A DNA stretch of 64,000 nucleotides from contig CAZEVO010000008.1 in assembly GCA_964515235.1 (NCBI GenBank), forward strand, positions 1,542 through 65,541, read 5' to 3'. The stretch is from an uncultured Methylococcaceae bacterium (lineage in GTDB: Bacteria > Pseudomonadota > Gammaproteobacteria > Methylococcales > Methylomonadaceae). Both the position numbers and the translations under genes were made by a program. Position 1 is the stretch's first letter, and the number at the start of each line of letters is the position of its first letter. Positions 41,325 to 52,001 of the stretch are shown here, piece after piece. The notes below the pieces were generated by a model that was not told the origin of the DNA, ran no database searches, and saw only the letters and a program-made list of their open reading frames with translations.

Positions 41325-44135
41325 ATGGAAAAAACCTATAACCCTCATACAATTGAACAGAACCGATATCGCCACTGGGAAGAACAAGGCTATTTCAAAC
41401 CCAAAGACGGTGATGATGCTTACTGCATTATGATTCCTCCACCTAATGTAACGGGTAGTCTCCATATGGGACACGCTTTTCAAGATACCATTATGGACAT
41501 CCTGACTCGCTTCCATCGTATGCAAGGTGATGCAACGTTATGGCAAGTAGGGACAGATCACGCCGGTATTGCGACACAAATGGTTGTTGAACGACTTATA
41601 GAAAGTGAAGGAAAAACACGCTTTGATTATGGCCGTGATCCCTTTATTGAAAAAGTATGGGACTGGAAACAACAATCCGGCGGCACTATTACGCAACAAT
41701 TACGACGAATGGGATCCTCTTTAGATTGGTCAAGAGAACGCTTTACCATGGATGAAGGCCTTTCCAAAGCCGTACAGGAAGTGTTTATAACCCTTTACCA
41801 AGAAGGGCTCATCTATCGAGGGAAAAGACTCGTTAACTGGGATCCGGTGCTACATACCGCTGTTTCAGATCTTGAAGTACTGTCCGAAGAAGAAAATGGT
41901 TTTTTATGGCATATGCGCTATCCACTAAGCAACAATTCCGGTTATTTAGTCGTGGCCACAACTCGTCCCGAAACACTATTAGGTGACTTTGCTGTAGCGG
42001 TGCATCCCGATGACGAGCGTTACCAGCATCTCATCGGGGAATCCGTTAAACTCCCCTTGACTAGCCGCGAAATACCCGTCATTGCCGACAGTTATGTAGA
42101 CCCAGATTTTGGTACCGGTTGTGTCAAAATAACTCCAGCTCATGATTTTAATGATTATGAAGTCTGGCTACGCCACCGAGACCAACCAACTGTCCAAGCT
42201 TTACCACATGGCGGGCTCATCAACCTTTTCACCCCTGATGCAACTATTCGAGAGAATGAAGCAACTGAAGGCCAATTAATTCCAACTGCCTATGTCGGTC
42301 TTGATCGTTTCGATGCGCGTAAAAAAATCATCAATGATCTTGAAACCAGTGGTTTACTGGAAAAAATTGAGGACCATAAATTAATGGTTCCCAGAGGGGA
42401 TAGGACTCACTCTATTATTGAACCACTGCTAACCGACCAATGGTATGTTAAAACGAAACCTTTGGCTGAGCCTGCAATTACTGCCGTTAAAAACGGTGAC
42501 ATTCGGTTTGTCCCGGATAACTGGAAAAATACCTATTTTGAATGGATGACTAATATTCAAGACTGGTGTATTTCAAGACAAATTTGGTGGGGACACCGTA
42601 TTCCTGCCTGGTACGATGATAAAGGTGCGATCTATGTCGGACGATCTGAAACAGAAATTCGTCAACAATACCAATTGCCTGATGATGTCCAAATCCATCA
42701 AGACCCGGACGTTCTAGACACTTGGTTTTCATCAGCGCTCTGGCCTTTTTCAACCTTAGGTTGGCCAGAAAAAACCCCTGAACTTGATAAATACTACCCT
42801 ACCAGCGTTTTGGTTACTGGCTTTGATATTATTTTCTTTTGGGTCGCAAGAATGATTATGATGGGCCTCAAGTTTATGGGCGATGTACCTTTTAAAGATG
42901 TTTATGTCCATGGCTTAGTACGCGACTCCGAAGGACAAAAAATGTCCAAATCAAAAGGCAATGTCCTAGATCCAATTCATGTCATTGATGGCATTGACCT
43001 TGAAAGTCTGGTCAACAAAAGAACTGCTGATATGATGCAACCGCATTTGTCTGAGAAAATAGAGCGCCTGACCCGAAAAAGCTACCCAGATGGAATTCCA
43101 GGCTATGGTACTGATGCGTTGCGCTTTACCTTTGCTTCTATTGCCTCAACAGGACGCGATATTCGTTTAGACAGTCATCGTATCGAAGGTTATCGAAACT
43201 TCTGCAACAAACTATGGAATGCTGCCCGCTATGTTTTAATGAACACAGAGGGGCAAGACAACGGCATGGACAATAACGCCGTTGAACTTTCTCAGGCTGA
43301 CCACTGGATAACATCACGCTTCCAACAAGTTGTTACAACAACAACAGAGGCTATTGACAATTATCGTTTTGATCTTGCAGCGCAAGCTATTTACGAGTTC
43401 ACTTGGAATGAATATTGCGACTGGTACCTTGAATTAGCAAAAATATCATTGCAAGATGGTAACCCAGATCAACAACGCGGAACACGGCAAACACTGGTAA
43501 CCACGCTAGAAAAACTACTTCGCCTAACGCATCCTTTTATGCCTTTTATTACTGAAGAAATCTGGCAACGCGTTGCACCATTAACCGGCAATAACCAAGA
43601 CTCAATTATGCTGCAGTCTTATCCAAAAGCCAATAATCAACTCATTAGTAATAACGCCATTAAAGAAATCAATTGGGTCATGAGTTTTATTCTTGGCCTG
43701 CGTCGTATTCGCGGTGAAATGAATATAGCTCCTGGAAAAAAACTTAACGTTTTACTGCAACATGGCACAACGGAAGACCATGATTTAAAGACAAAAACAG
43801 AACATTTCTTAATCAAACTAGGCCGCCTTGACTCGATTACTTGGTTAGATGATCATGAGACTCCGCCAGAATCTGCCATTGCTTTAGTCGGTACGTTACA
43901 AATATTAATCCCCATGTCAGGGCTAATCGATAAAGCCGCAGAAATAACTCGTCTGGAAAAAGAAATTCTAAAAGTAACGAAGGAACTCCCTCGAATTGAA
44001 GGGAAGCTCAAGAACCCGAACTTTATTGCTCGCGCTCCCCAATCCGTCATTGACAAAGAGAAGGAGAAACTCACCAACTTGAACCTGTCTCTTTCTCAAT
44101 TAAAGACCCAACTCCAGAAAATCACACAACTTTAA
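41325..44135 (+). CDS. valS: valine--tRNA ligase
   Basis: '[13 protein letters not shown]' and 'KMSKSKGN' motifs, a CP1 editing domain and a C-terminal coiled coil; 936 aa. Confidence 0.97.
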   Translation: MEKTYNPHTIEQNRYRHWEEQGYFKPKDGDDAYCIMIPPPNVTGSLHMGHAFQDTIMDILTRFHRMQGDATLWQVGTDHAGIATQMVVERLIESEGKTRFDYGRDPFIEKVWDWKQQSGGTITQQLRRMGSSLDWSRERFTMDEGLSKAVQEVFITLYQEGLIYRGKRLVNWDPVLHTAVSDLEVLSEEENGFLWHMRYPLSNNSGYLVVATTRPETLLGDFAVAVHPDDERYQHLIGESVKLPLTSREIPVIADSYVDPDFGTGCVKITPAHDFNDYEVWLRHRDQPTVQALPHGGLINLFTPDATIRENEATEGQLIPTAYVGLDRFDARKKIINDLETSGLLEKIEDHKLMVPRGDRTHSIIEPLLTDQWYVKTKPLAEPAITAVKNGDIRFVPDNWKNTYFEWMTNIQDWCISRQIWWGHRIPAWYDDKGAIYVGRSETEIRQQYQLPDDVQIHQDPDVLDTWFSSALWPFSTLGWPEKTPELDKYYPTSVLVTGFDIIFFWVARMIMMGLKFMGDVPFKDVYVHGLVRDSEGQKMSKSKGNVLDPIHVIDGIDLESLVNKRTADMMQPHLSEKIERLTRKSYPDGIPGYGTDALRFTFASIASTGRDIRLDSHRIEGYRNFCNKLWNAARYVLMNTEGQDNGMDNNAVELSQADHWITSRFQQVVTTTTEAIDNYRFDLAAQAIYEFTWNEYCDWYLELAKISLQDGNPDQQRGTRQTLVTTLEKLLRLTHPFMPFITEEIWQRVAPLTGNNQDSIMLQSYPKANNQLISNNAIKEINWVMSFILGLRRIRGEMNIAPGKKLNVLLQHGTTEDHDLKTKTEHFLIKLGRLDSITWLDDHETPPESAIALVGTLQILIPMSGLIDKAAEITRLEKEILKVTKELPRIEGKLKNPNFIARAPQSVIDKEKEKLTNLNLSLSQLKTQLQKITQL

Positions 44136-44181
44136 TCCTCATCATTAATTAACAAGTCCTAAACATCCATTAGACAACGTC

Positions 44182-44220
44182 ACTATTTCTTCTATCTTTA
44201 GCAAGATCAGAAGGAATAGT
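44182..44220 (+). promoter_or_regulatory. 17-bp RNA hairpin covering the pilB Shine-Dalgarno sequence
   Basis: The left arm 44182-44198 pairs with the right arm 44203-44220, with loop tagc, one bulged C and one G.U pair. The only SD-like element for the GTG at 44225 (AAGGA, 44211-44215) lies inside the right arm. No U-tract follows. Confidence 0.5.
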
Positions 44221-44224
44221 TGCC

Positions 44225-45940
44225 GTGGACTCTAAAAATATACCCAAAATAACAATCGGACTCGTTAAAAGCCTCATTAACAGAGGGCTTATTAATGAAA
44301 CTGATACACCCGAACTGATTAGCCAAGCCGAAAAAAAGAACGTTTCAGTACTCAGTTATATTCTAAATCGACAACTCGTTGATAGTTACAGTGTCGCAAT
44401 GATTGCTGTAGAAGAGTTCGGTTTATCCTATTTAGACCTTGATGTTATTGATATACACCAACTACCACTCTCAGAATTAACTAAATCATTAATTCAAGAA
44501 TATCAGGCTCTTCCCTTATTTAAACGCAATAACACATTATTTATTGGTTTATCGGATCCAACGAACAGTCACGCTCTAAAGCAAATAAAATTTCATACCC
44601 GCCAACAAACTGAAATTATTATCGTTGAAGATGACAAGCTCAACACTGCGATTCAGACCTGCCTAGAAGCTCAAGAAACAACCATAGCAGATATTATTGA
44701 TGAGAATATCAGCATTATTGAAGAAGAAGAACCACTTACTAGCCAACAAAATAATATCGATAATCCTTCTGAGATTGATGATGCACCAATCGTTCGATTC
44801 GTTAAGCAAATCCTAGTTGATGCTATAAAAAAAGGAGCCTCTGATATTCATATAGAACCCTACGAACATTTTTTCAGAATCCGATTCCGGGCGGATGGTA
44901 TTTTACAAGAAATAGCCTCCCCCCCGGGCAATATGGCTAACCGGATGATTTCACGCATAAAAGTCATGGCCAAAATGGATATTGCGATACGACGCATTCC
45001 TCAAGATGGCCGAATAAAAATTAAATTATCAAAAGATAAATTTATCGACTTTCGTGTTAATACTTGCCCAACTCTCTATGGTGAAAAAGTAGTCCTCAGA
45101 ATCTTGGATCCCTCCAGCGCAACATTAGGCATTGAAGTTCTAGGATTTGAGAGCACCCAAATGAAATCCTTTTTGAATGCAATCAATCAACCCTATGGCT
45201 TAATCCTGATTACCGGCCCAACAGGCAGCGGCAAAACGGTCACACTTTACACCGCACTTAATATCTTAAACTCACCTCAGCTCAATATATCAACTGCTGA
45301 AGACCCTGTTGAAATAACAATCCCAGGTATTAATCAAGTTACTATGAACCCAAAGGCCGGTGTTAACTTTTCGACCACACTAAGAGCATTCTTGCGACAG
45401 GACCCTGATGTCATAATGGTAGGTGAAATTAGGGATCAGGAAACAGCTGAAATAGCAGTCAAAGCTGCTCAAACGGGTCATTTAGTGCTATCAACACTTC
45501 ATACCAATGATGCTCCGCAGACATTGAGCCGACTCATTCAAATGGGCATTCCACCTTACAATATTGTGTCCTCAATACAATTAATTGTTGCCCAACGCTT
45601 GGTTCGTAAATTATGTGACTATTGCAAACAAGAAGAAAGACTGCCCGATAAAATCCTCTTAGATGCTGGTTTTAGTCAAGAATCACTTAAAAACCTCACA
45701 CTCTTTGCCCCACAAGGCTGCGAACAGTGTAATAACGGCTACCTTGGCCGCATAGGTATTTATCAGGTTATGCCTATTAGTAATGCCATGCAGCAACTGA
45801 TTCTAGCTAACTGTGATTCAAATCAACTTGAAACACAATGTCAGGCAGAGAATATTCTAAATTTAAGGCAAGCAGCACTTCAAAAAGCCAGTGACGGCAT
45901 CACTAGTCTTGAAGAAATAAACCGAGTGACTCAAGGGTAA
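44225..45940 (+). CDS. pilB: type IV pilus assembly ATPase PilB
   Basis: N-terminal GSPII domain, Walker A 'GPTGSGKT', Asp/His boxes and a tetracysteine motif 'C..C...C..C'. The start is GTG. Confidence 0.93.
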   Translation: MDSKNIPKITIGLVKSLINRGLINETDTPELISQAEKKNVSVLSYILNRQLVDSYSVAMIAVEEFGLSYLDLDVIDIHQLPLSELTKSLIQEYQALPLFKRNNTLFIGLSDPTNSHALKQIKFHTRQQTEIIIVEDDKLNTAIQTCLEAQETTIADIIDENISIIEEEEPLTSQQNNIDNPSEIDDAPIVRFVKQILVDAIKKGASDIHIEPYEHFFRIRFRADGILQEIASPPGNMANRMISRIKVMAKMDIAIRRIPQDGRIKIKLSKDKFIDFRVNTCPTLYGEKVVLRILDPSSATLGIEVLGFESTQMKSFLNAINQPYGLILITGPTGSGKTVTLYTALNILNSPQLNISTAEDPVEITIPGINQVTMNPKAGVNFSTTLRAFLRQDPDVIMVGEIRDQETAEIAVKAAQTGHLVLSTLHTNDAPQTLSRLIQMGIPPYNIVSSIQLIVAQRLVRKLCDYCKQEERLPDKILLDAGFSQESLKNLTLFAPQGCEQCNNGYLGRIGIYQVMPISNAMQQLILANCDSNQLETQCQAENILNLRQAALQKASDGITSLEEINRVTQG

Positions 45941-45944
45941 ATTT

Positions 45945-47165
45945 ATGACTAAAAACAATCTAGCCACAGAATATAACTGGCGTGGTATCAATACCGTAAC
46001 AGGAAAAACTACAAAAGGTTCTCTAAGTAGTCATAATATAACTGCAGCTCAAGCTGAACTTCGTCGTCAGAATATAAGAATCACTCGTATTAAACCTAAA
46101 CCAAAAGCTCTTCTATCTACTCGAAAAAAGAAGATCACCAGTAAAGATATTGCCGTTCTCAGCCGGCAATTAGCTACCATGCTAGATGCTGGGGTTCCTT
46201 TAGTTCAGGCTTTTGAAATCACCGGTCACGGCCATGACAATGAGAGTATGAAAACCTTACTACTCGATATAAAAAAAGATATCGAAAATGGCTTATCCTT
46301 TACTGAGTCCCTAAGAAAACGACCTGATTATTTTGATGATCTCTTCTGCAGCCTTGTTCAGGCTGGTGAGCAAGCCGGTGTTTTAGAGATATTGCTCGAT
46401 AAAATAGCAACTTACAAAGAAAAAACTGAATCACTTAAAGCCAAAATTAAAAAAGCACTCACTTACCCTATCGCTGTCGTGATCGTTGCCATACTAGTCA
46501 CCGCAATTCTATTACTTTTTGTCGTTCCAGTCTTTGAAGAACTGTTTCAAGACTTTGGCGCTGATCTTCCACTTTTTACACGCTTAGTCATTGATCTATC
46601 CGACTGGCTACAGGATTTTTGGTGGGTTGTATTAGGAGTGCTCGCGATCATTGTAATGATTGTCCGCTTTTTTCATAAGCGCTCTCCCAATTTCCGTCAT
46701 ACTCTTGATAAGATTTACTTGCTGATCCCTGTCATCGGCCCCATTTTACGTAAAGCAGCTATCGCCCGCTTTGCTCGAACACTATCAACACTTTCGACAG
46801 CTGGCGTACCCTTAGTCGAGGCCTTAACCTCAGTCTCTGGTGCGACAGGGAATCATGTTTATAGCCAACAAGTACTTGCTATTCGAGACAAAGTCTCCAC
46901 AGGACAGCAGTTACAACTGAGCATGCAACAAACTGAAGTTTTCCCCTCTCTTATTATTCAAATGGTTGCTATTGGTGAAGAGTCCGGCTCTATGGATAAA
47001 ATGCTCAGCAAGGTTGCTGATTTTTATGAAGAAGACATTGATAATGCCGTTGATAACCTAAGCGATTTACTAGAACCTTTAATTATGGTGATTCTGGGCA
47101 GTTTAGTCGGTAGTTTAGTTGTTGCCATGTATCTACCCATTTTCAAGTTAGGATCCGTGATATAA
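45945..47165 (+). CDS. pilC: type IV pilus inner-membrane platform protein PilC
   Basis: Duplicated GspF/PilC domains; 406 aa. It starts 5 nt after pilB. Confidence 0.93.
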   Translation: MTKNNLATEYNWRGINTVTGKTTKGSLSSHNITAAQAELRRQNIRITRIKPKPKALLSTRKKKITSKDIAVLSRQLATMLDAGVPLVQAFEITGHGHDNESMKTLLLDIKKDIENGLSFTESLRKRPDYFDDLFCSLVQAGEQAGVLEILLDKIATYKEKTESLKAKIKKALTYPIAVVIVAILVTAILLLFVVPVFEELFQDFGADLPLFTRLVIDLSDWLQDFWWVVLGVLAIIVMIVRFFHKRSPNFRHTLDKIYLLIPVIGPILRKAAIARFARTLSTLSTAGVPLVEALTSVSGATGNHVYSQQVLAIRDKVSTGQQLQLSMQQTEVFPSLIIQMVAIGEESGSMDKMLSKVADFYEEDIDNAVDNLSDLLEPLIMVILGSLVGSLVVAMYLPIFKLGSVI

Positions 47166-47263
47166 CTGCCGTTAAACAAGATAATTGATATCAAAAACAC
47201 CTTAAAGGTTATACTGTAAAAAAAAAATATTTTTTATCATCGTAATTATCCAAACGATAAATT

Positions 47264-47869
47264 ATGCTCAAAATTGGACTCACAGGGGGTATTGGTAGTG
47301 GCAAAAGTACCGCTGCAAATTATTTTGAATCACTCGGTGTTCCCATTATTGATGCCGATGATATTGCACACCAATTAACACAACCAGGACAACCTGCCCT
47401 TCAAGAAATAGCCATACACTTTGGCTCCTATTTTGATAAACAGGGTCACTTAAAGAGGGCTGAACTTCGCGAACTTGTCTTCTCAGACGCCACCCAAAGA
47501 CAATGTCTTGAAAATATTCTTCACCCTTTAATTTATCGTGAAATTTTTACTGCCATTGAACAATTAAAATCCGACTATATTTTACTCTGCATTCCCCTAC
47601 TCATTGAGAAGAACCTGTTTCATTGGGTTGATAGAACACTCGTAATAGACTGCCCAGAGGCACTACAGATGAGTCGCGTTAAACAGAGAAATGGCCTACC
47701 AAGCAATCAGATTAAGAACATTATCAATTGTCAAAGTTCACGAAAATCACGATTATCGGCTGCCAATGATGTAATCACCAATAGTGGCAGCACACAAGAA
47801 CTTGCAGAATCAGTAAAAAAACTGCACAATTTCTACCAATCCTTATGTCAATCATGTGCCGATCAATAG
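47264..47869 (+). CDS. coaE: dephospho-CoA kinase
   Basis: 'IGLTGGIGSGKST' P-loop; 201 aa. Confidence 0.92.
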   Translation: MLKIGLTGGIGSGKSTAANYFESLGVPIIDADDIAHQLTQPGQPALQEIAIHFGSYFDKQGHLKRAELRELVFSDATQRQCLENILHPLIYREIFTAIEQLKSDYILLCIPLLIEKNLFHWVDRTLVIDCPEALQMSRVKQRNGLPSNQIKNIINCQSSRKSRLSAANDVITNSGSTQELAESVKKLHNFYQSLCQSCADQ

Positions 47870-47872
47870 TCT

Positions 47873-48646
47873 GTGAATAATTTCCTATCCTACGAATTCC
47901 CACTCAAAGAACGCATTCGTCTCTTTATGCGTTTAGAACACCTTTTCCAACAATTTGATCATTGCTTACAAGGCACAACCGTTTGGGATAAACGCGCCGC
48001 CATTGATGTTCTTCATTCAATCATTACCTTATTTTCACGTAATGACATTAAATCAGCTATTTTAAAAGAATTAGAACGCCATACGTCCATACTAACTATG
48101 GTGTCAAAGAATGAAGATATTGACGATTCAAAACTTCAATCTATTTTGCATGAAGTACAATCTGTCAGTCAGTCACTCTACCAATGTAACGGAAAAATTG
48201 GCATTGCTATCATTGAAGGAAATGAACTACTCAAGAACGTTACCCAACGAACCTCAATTCCCGGCGGTAGTTGTTCTTTTGATTTGCCTGGTTTTCATTA
48301 TTGGTTAGAACAAGCCCCTCCTCAACAGCGCAATGATCTTGAAAAATGGTCGGCATCATTTTCTGACATTCGTCATGCTATTGAACTTGTCTTAAGATTT
48401 ATTCGCCAAAGTAGTTCCCCCAGTCAGGAAATTGCACAAATGGGCTTTTTCCAAGATAATCTGGACCAATCATCATCCTACCAACTCATCCAAGTTCGTC
48501 TCGACAAAGCACTTCCTTGTTATGCTGAAATCAGCGGTGGCAAACATCGTTTCTCCATTCGATTTATGATGCCGTCAAAAGATGGCGGCAGACCAACGCA
48601 AACACAATCCGACATTCCATTTGAGATCACCCGTTGTTTACTATAA
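47873..48646 (+). CDS. zapD: cell division protein ZapD
   Basis: 'YEFPLKERIRLFMRLEHL' matches the ZapD (YacF) N-terminus. GTG start, with conserved coaE-zapD linkage. Confidence 0.85.
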   Translation: MNNFLSYEFPLKERIRLFMRLEHLFQQFDHCLQGTTVWDKRAAIDVLHSIITLFSRNDIKSAILKELERHTSILTMVSKNEDIDDSKLQSILHEVQSVSQSLYQCNGKIGIAIIEGNELLKNVTQRTSIPGGSCSFDLPGFHYWLEQAPPQQRNDLEKWSASFSDIRHAIELVLRFIRQSSSPSQEIAQMGFFQDNLDQSSSYQLIQVRLDKALPCYAEISGGKHRFSIRFMMPSKDGGRPTQTQSDIPFEITRCLL

Positions 48647-48667
48647 ACACTAACCCAGTAACACAAC

Positions 48668-49600
48668 CTAAGGTAAAAAAGCACTAATACCTGAAATCCC
48701 CTGAGCACCACATTCATATGCAGTAAGCAAGTCTGAATCCGTCATCCCTCCCAGTGCATAAACAGGGATATTCACTTGAGCAACTAAACTCTTAAAGCAT
48801 TCCCAACCTAATGGTTTAGCACCCGGGTGGGTTGATGTCTTGCTGACTGGAGCCAAGACAGCAAAATCCACGCCGATAGCTTCAGCATGTTGCAATTCAC
48901 TATAGCTATGACACGATGCTCCCAGCCACTCAATACCTTTAGGACGTTCCCTAGTTGCCATTAAATCCTTAGCTGTCAAATGCAAATTAGCCAAAAATAC
49001 ATCCGACACACGAAGACTGGAATTTATCATTAACCTGATCTTATTTTCTGTACAAACAGCGGTGCTAAATTCTAAAAATCTTTGCAAATCAGCAGTCGAT
49101 AATCGTTTCGCCCTGAGTTGAATAAGGTTAATTCTTTTCTCAACCAAACAAATGAATTTTCTTTTAAGGGTAGTAAGGTCATCATCACCAATAATCGCAT
49201 ATTGACTTGGCAACTGAATTGCCTTAACAATAGCTTGATTAGCAGCAGGAAAAGAATAGCTTGTTAGTGTATCAACTGGCACCCAACGAATAGGCTGCCC
49301 CTCATTCGAAGATACAGAACCAACAAATTCATCAATTTTCCAAACCCATAATTTAACTCGCAAATCTGGATACTGATGATTGATCGAAATCAATGGTCTT
49401 GCTCTCTTTACTGTCAAATCCAACTCTTCCTTAAGCTCCCGAATCAAAGCTGTTTTATCCGTTTCCTCAGACTCCAACTTACCACCGGGAAATTCCCAAC
49501 GATTACCCTGATGAACCGACTCGGGTCGAAAGGCTATTAGAATTTCACCCTGTGAATTACTGACAACACCCACAGCGACTTGCAATGCCTTACTAGACAT
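48668..49600 (-). CDS. Nudix (MutT-like 8-oxo-dGTP diphosphatase) fused to a ThiE/TenI-like domain
   Basis: Nudix box 'GGKLESEETDKTALIRELKEELDL' in the N-terminal 130 aa. The C-terminal 180 aa is a TIM-barrel TMP-synthase-like domain ('VYALGG'). This fusion is common in pseudomonads (recall). Confidence 0.85.
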   Translation of the reverse strand: MSSKALQVAVGVVSNSQGEILIAFRPESVHQGNRWEFPGGKLESEETDKTALIRELKEELDLTVKRARPLISINHQYPDLRVKLWVWKIDEFVGSVSSNEGQPIRWVPVDTLTSYSFPAANQAIVKAIQLPSQYAIIGDDDLTTLKRKFICLVEKRINLIQLRAKRLSTADLQRFLEFSTAVCTENKIRLMINSSLRVSDVFLANLHLTAKDLMATRERPKGIEWLGASCHSYSELQHAEAIGVDFAVLAPVSKTSTHPGAKPLGWECFKSLVAQVNIPVYALGGMTDSDLLTAYECGAQGISGISAFLP

Positions 49601-49602
49601 AT

Positions 49603-50817
49603 TTAAGTCCGATATTCCGCATTGATACGAACATAATCATAAGATAAGTCACAAGTTTTTATCGTTTGTTCCGCACTCCCTCGCCCTAAAAAAACGGTAA
49701 TCGTTATCTCTTCAGCATCCATAACCTCTTGACCTGCCTCTTCTGTATATTGACCATCTTTAGCGCCTGCACGAACAATACAAACATCACCCAGAAAAAT
49801 CGAAACCTTCTCTAACTCTAAACTTTCAATGCCAGCACGACCCACTGCTGCTAATATTCTTCCCCAATTAGGATCACTAGCAAAAAAAGCTGTTTTAACT
49901 AACGGTGAATGTGCAATTGTTTTACCCACTTGAACAGCTTCATCATCACTAGCAGCCTGACTAACAACGATTGAGATTAACTTTGTTGCACCTTCACCGT
50001 CTCTCACAATGGCCTCAGCCAATTCACTAAAAACCTCATGAATGACTTCACAAAATTGCTGATATGGCTCGCTACCTTCAAGCAAGTCAGGGACAGTAGA
50101 TTTACCGCTTGCTATTAATACGCAAGCATCATTTGTTGAGGTATCTCCATCGACAGTTATTCGATTAAAAGACTGTTCAACAGCTTGCTTTAGGCATTTC
50201 TGTAATAATCCATTTTCAATCTTAGCATCGGTAGCAACGAACGATAACATCGTTGCCATATTAGGTTGTATCATACCTGCTCCTTTTGAAATCCCGGTTA
50301 CTGTCATTTTATTACCGGAAATATCAATCACTTTCGACACACCTTTAGGAAACGTATCTGTTGTCATAATCGCCTCAGCAGCCTTCTCCCAATTATTTTC
50401 TTGAAGACATTTAACTGCTTCGGGTAGAGCCTGAGTGATCTTTTCAACCGGTAATAATTCACCAATAACACCGGTAGAAAAAGGTAAAACGTGCTCAGCA
50501 CAACCTCCAAGGAGTTGAGCGACTGACAAACAAACCGATTCCGCATCTTGATATCCTTTAACTCCAGTCCCTGCATTCGCATTACCGGAATTAATAACCA
50601 ACCAACGCGGACCATCTAAAAGATTTTTCTTGGCTAATTCCACAGGTGCTGCACAAAACAAATTCTGCGTAAAAACCGCACCACATGTAGAACCAGAATC
50701 CATAGCAATAACTAACAAATCATCACGCACACTCTGTTTAATTTGTGCACAATGGGTACCTAATGACACTCCACTAACAGGATGCATTCTTGGAAACTTT
50801 GGCGCTCCTACTGACAT
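49603..50817 (-). CDS. argJ: bifunctional glutamate N-acetyltransferase/amino-acid acetyltransferase
   Basis: ArgJ autoprocessing site 'PNMATMLSFVATDA'; 404 aa. Confidence 0.95.
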   Translation of the reverse strand: MSVGAPKFPRMHPVSGVSLGTHCAQIKQSVRDDLLVIAMDSGSTCGAVFTQNLFCAAPVELAKKNLLDGPRWLVINSGNANAGTGVKGYQDAESVCLSVAQLLGGCAEHVLPFSTGVIGELLPVEKITQALPEAVKCLQENNWEKAAEAIMTTDTFPKGVSKVIDISGNKMTVTGISKGAGMIQPNMATMLSFVATDAKIENGLLQKCLKQAVEQSFNRITVDGDTSTNDACVLIASGKSTVPDLLEGSEPYQQFCEVIHEVFSELAEAIVRDGEGATKLISIVVSQAASDDEAVQVGKTIAHSPLVKTAFFASDPNWGRILAAVGRAGIESLELEKVSIFLGDVCIVRAGAKDGQYTEEAGQEVMDAEEITITVFLGRGSAEQTIKTCDLSYDYVRINAEYRT

Positions 50818-50856
50818 GATCTAATTCCTATTATTTAAATGACTTCATTGTATTTT

Positions 50857-51993
50857 TTATCGGTAAAAAAGAGTTCGTGTTGCGCTAACCGACGTTATTT
50901 GCTGGACTATTTTTTCACACTGTTTTTTACAATTATCAACCACTAAGTCATGCTCAAGAGGTGACAACAAAAAAATCACTTCCAGTTCCACAGAACCATT
51001 AAGATAGTGGATTTTAATTTCATCTACTAAACTATAATAATCACCCAAACAATTTCGAACATCATTAACTAAGGCTGTTCTTGATGGCGGCCCAAATTTA
51101 ATCAATTCCTTTTGCTCATCATCTTCAGGGTCGGTATGCACTAAAACATCAGCTATATTTCTAAATTGCTCCAATAACTTATTACGTACAGTATCGGCAA
51201 TCATATGACCCTCAGACACACTAATATACGAATCGACCTGAATATGAAGATCGACATAAATATCTTCGCCCATACGCCGTGTCCGTAATAAATGAATATT
51301 AACCACCCCATCAATCACTAAAATTGCCCGGCGTAAAGCTTCAATTTCATCATCTGAAATAGCCGTATCCACTAATTCCTTAAGGCTATCAATCATGAGT
51401 GACAGACCAATCTTAGCAATCATTAAACTTACTAATACAGCAGCGACCGCATCAGCATAACCATAACCTAAAAGCATAGCGGCTATGCCGACCAAAACTA
51501 TAATAGAGGAGATCGCATCGCTACGATGATGCCAAGCATTTGCCAGCAATAATTTTGATCGAGTTTTTTTTGCAATCTTTTGGGTAAAATGAAACAACCA
51601 TTCATTACAAACAATTGATACTCCCGCGACATACAAAGTCAAATAATCAGGAACCAGCAGTTCATCCGCACCTGAAATACGGTTTACTGCATCCCATACG
51701 ATCCCTGCTGCCACGATAATTAATCCAATGCCAAGCACAACAGTCGCAAGCGTCTCAAACCGAGCATGGCCGTAGGGGTGATCTTGATCGGGCTGCTTAC
51801 TACCTAACTTAACCGCAATCAGCACTACAGCATCACTCATTAAGTCCGCGAGTGAATGAATACCATCAGCTATTAATGCAGAAGACTGTCCAACCACCCC
51901 TGCTGCCACCTTAATCAGCGATAAAAAAAGATTAACGAATGCTGCAATAATCGTTGCATGAGACTTCAAACGAACAATTTCACTTTCTTCCAT
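50857..51993 (-). CDS. cation diffusion facilitator (CDF) transporter with an additional C-terminal domain
   Basis: Six TM segments with 'HSLADLMSD' and 'HHRSD' metal-site motifs, followed by the canonical cytoplasmic domain. About 80 extra residues follow with a similar predicted alpha-beta-beta-alpha-beta pattern. Confidence 0.88.
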   Translation of the reverse strand: MEESEIVRLKSHATIIAAFVNLFLSLIKVAAGVVGQSSALIADGIHSLADLMSDAVVLIAVKLGSKQPDQDHPYGHARFETLATVVLGIGLIIVAAGIVWDAVNRISGADELLVPDYLTLYVAGVSIVCNEWLFHFTQKIAKKTRSKLLLANAWHHRSDAISSIIVLVGIAAMLLGYGYADAVAAVLVSLMIAKIGLSLMIDSLKELVDTAISDDEIEALRRAILVIDGVVNIHLLRTRRMGEDIYVDLHIQVDSYISVSEGHMIADTVRNKLLEQFRNIADVLVHTDPEDDEQKELIKFGPPSRTALVNDVRNCLGDYYSLVDEIKIHYLNGSVELEVIFLLSPLEHDLVVDNCKKQCEKIVQQITSVSATRTLFYR

Positions 51994-52001
51994 AGTAGGA
52001 A

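Noticed and set aside
47218-47235. An A10-TA-T6 tract between pilC and coaE, considered as a possible terminator, slippery tract or phase-variation tract.
   Set aside because: It has no GC stem, so it is not an intrinsic terminator. It is intergenic, so length variation would not shift a reading frame. It is probably just AT-rich spacer or curved promoter DNA.
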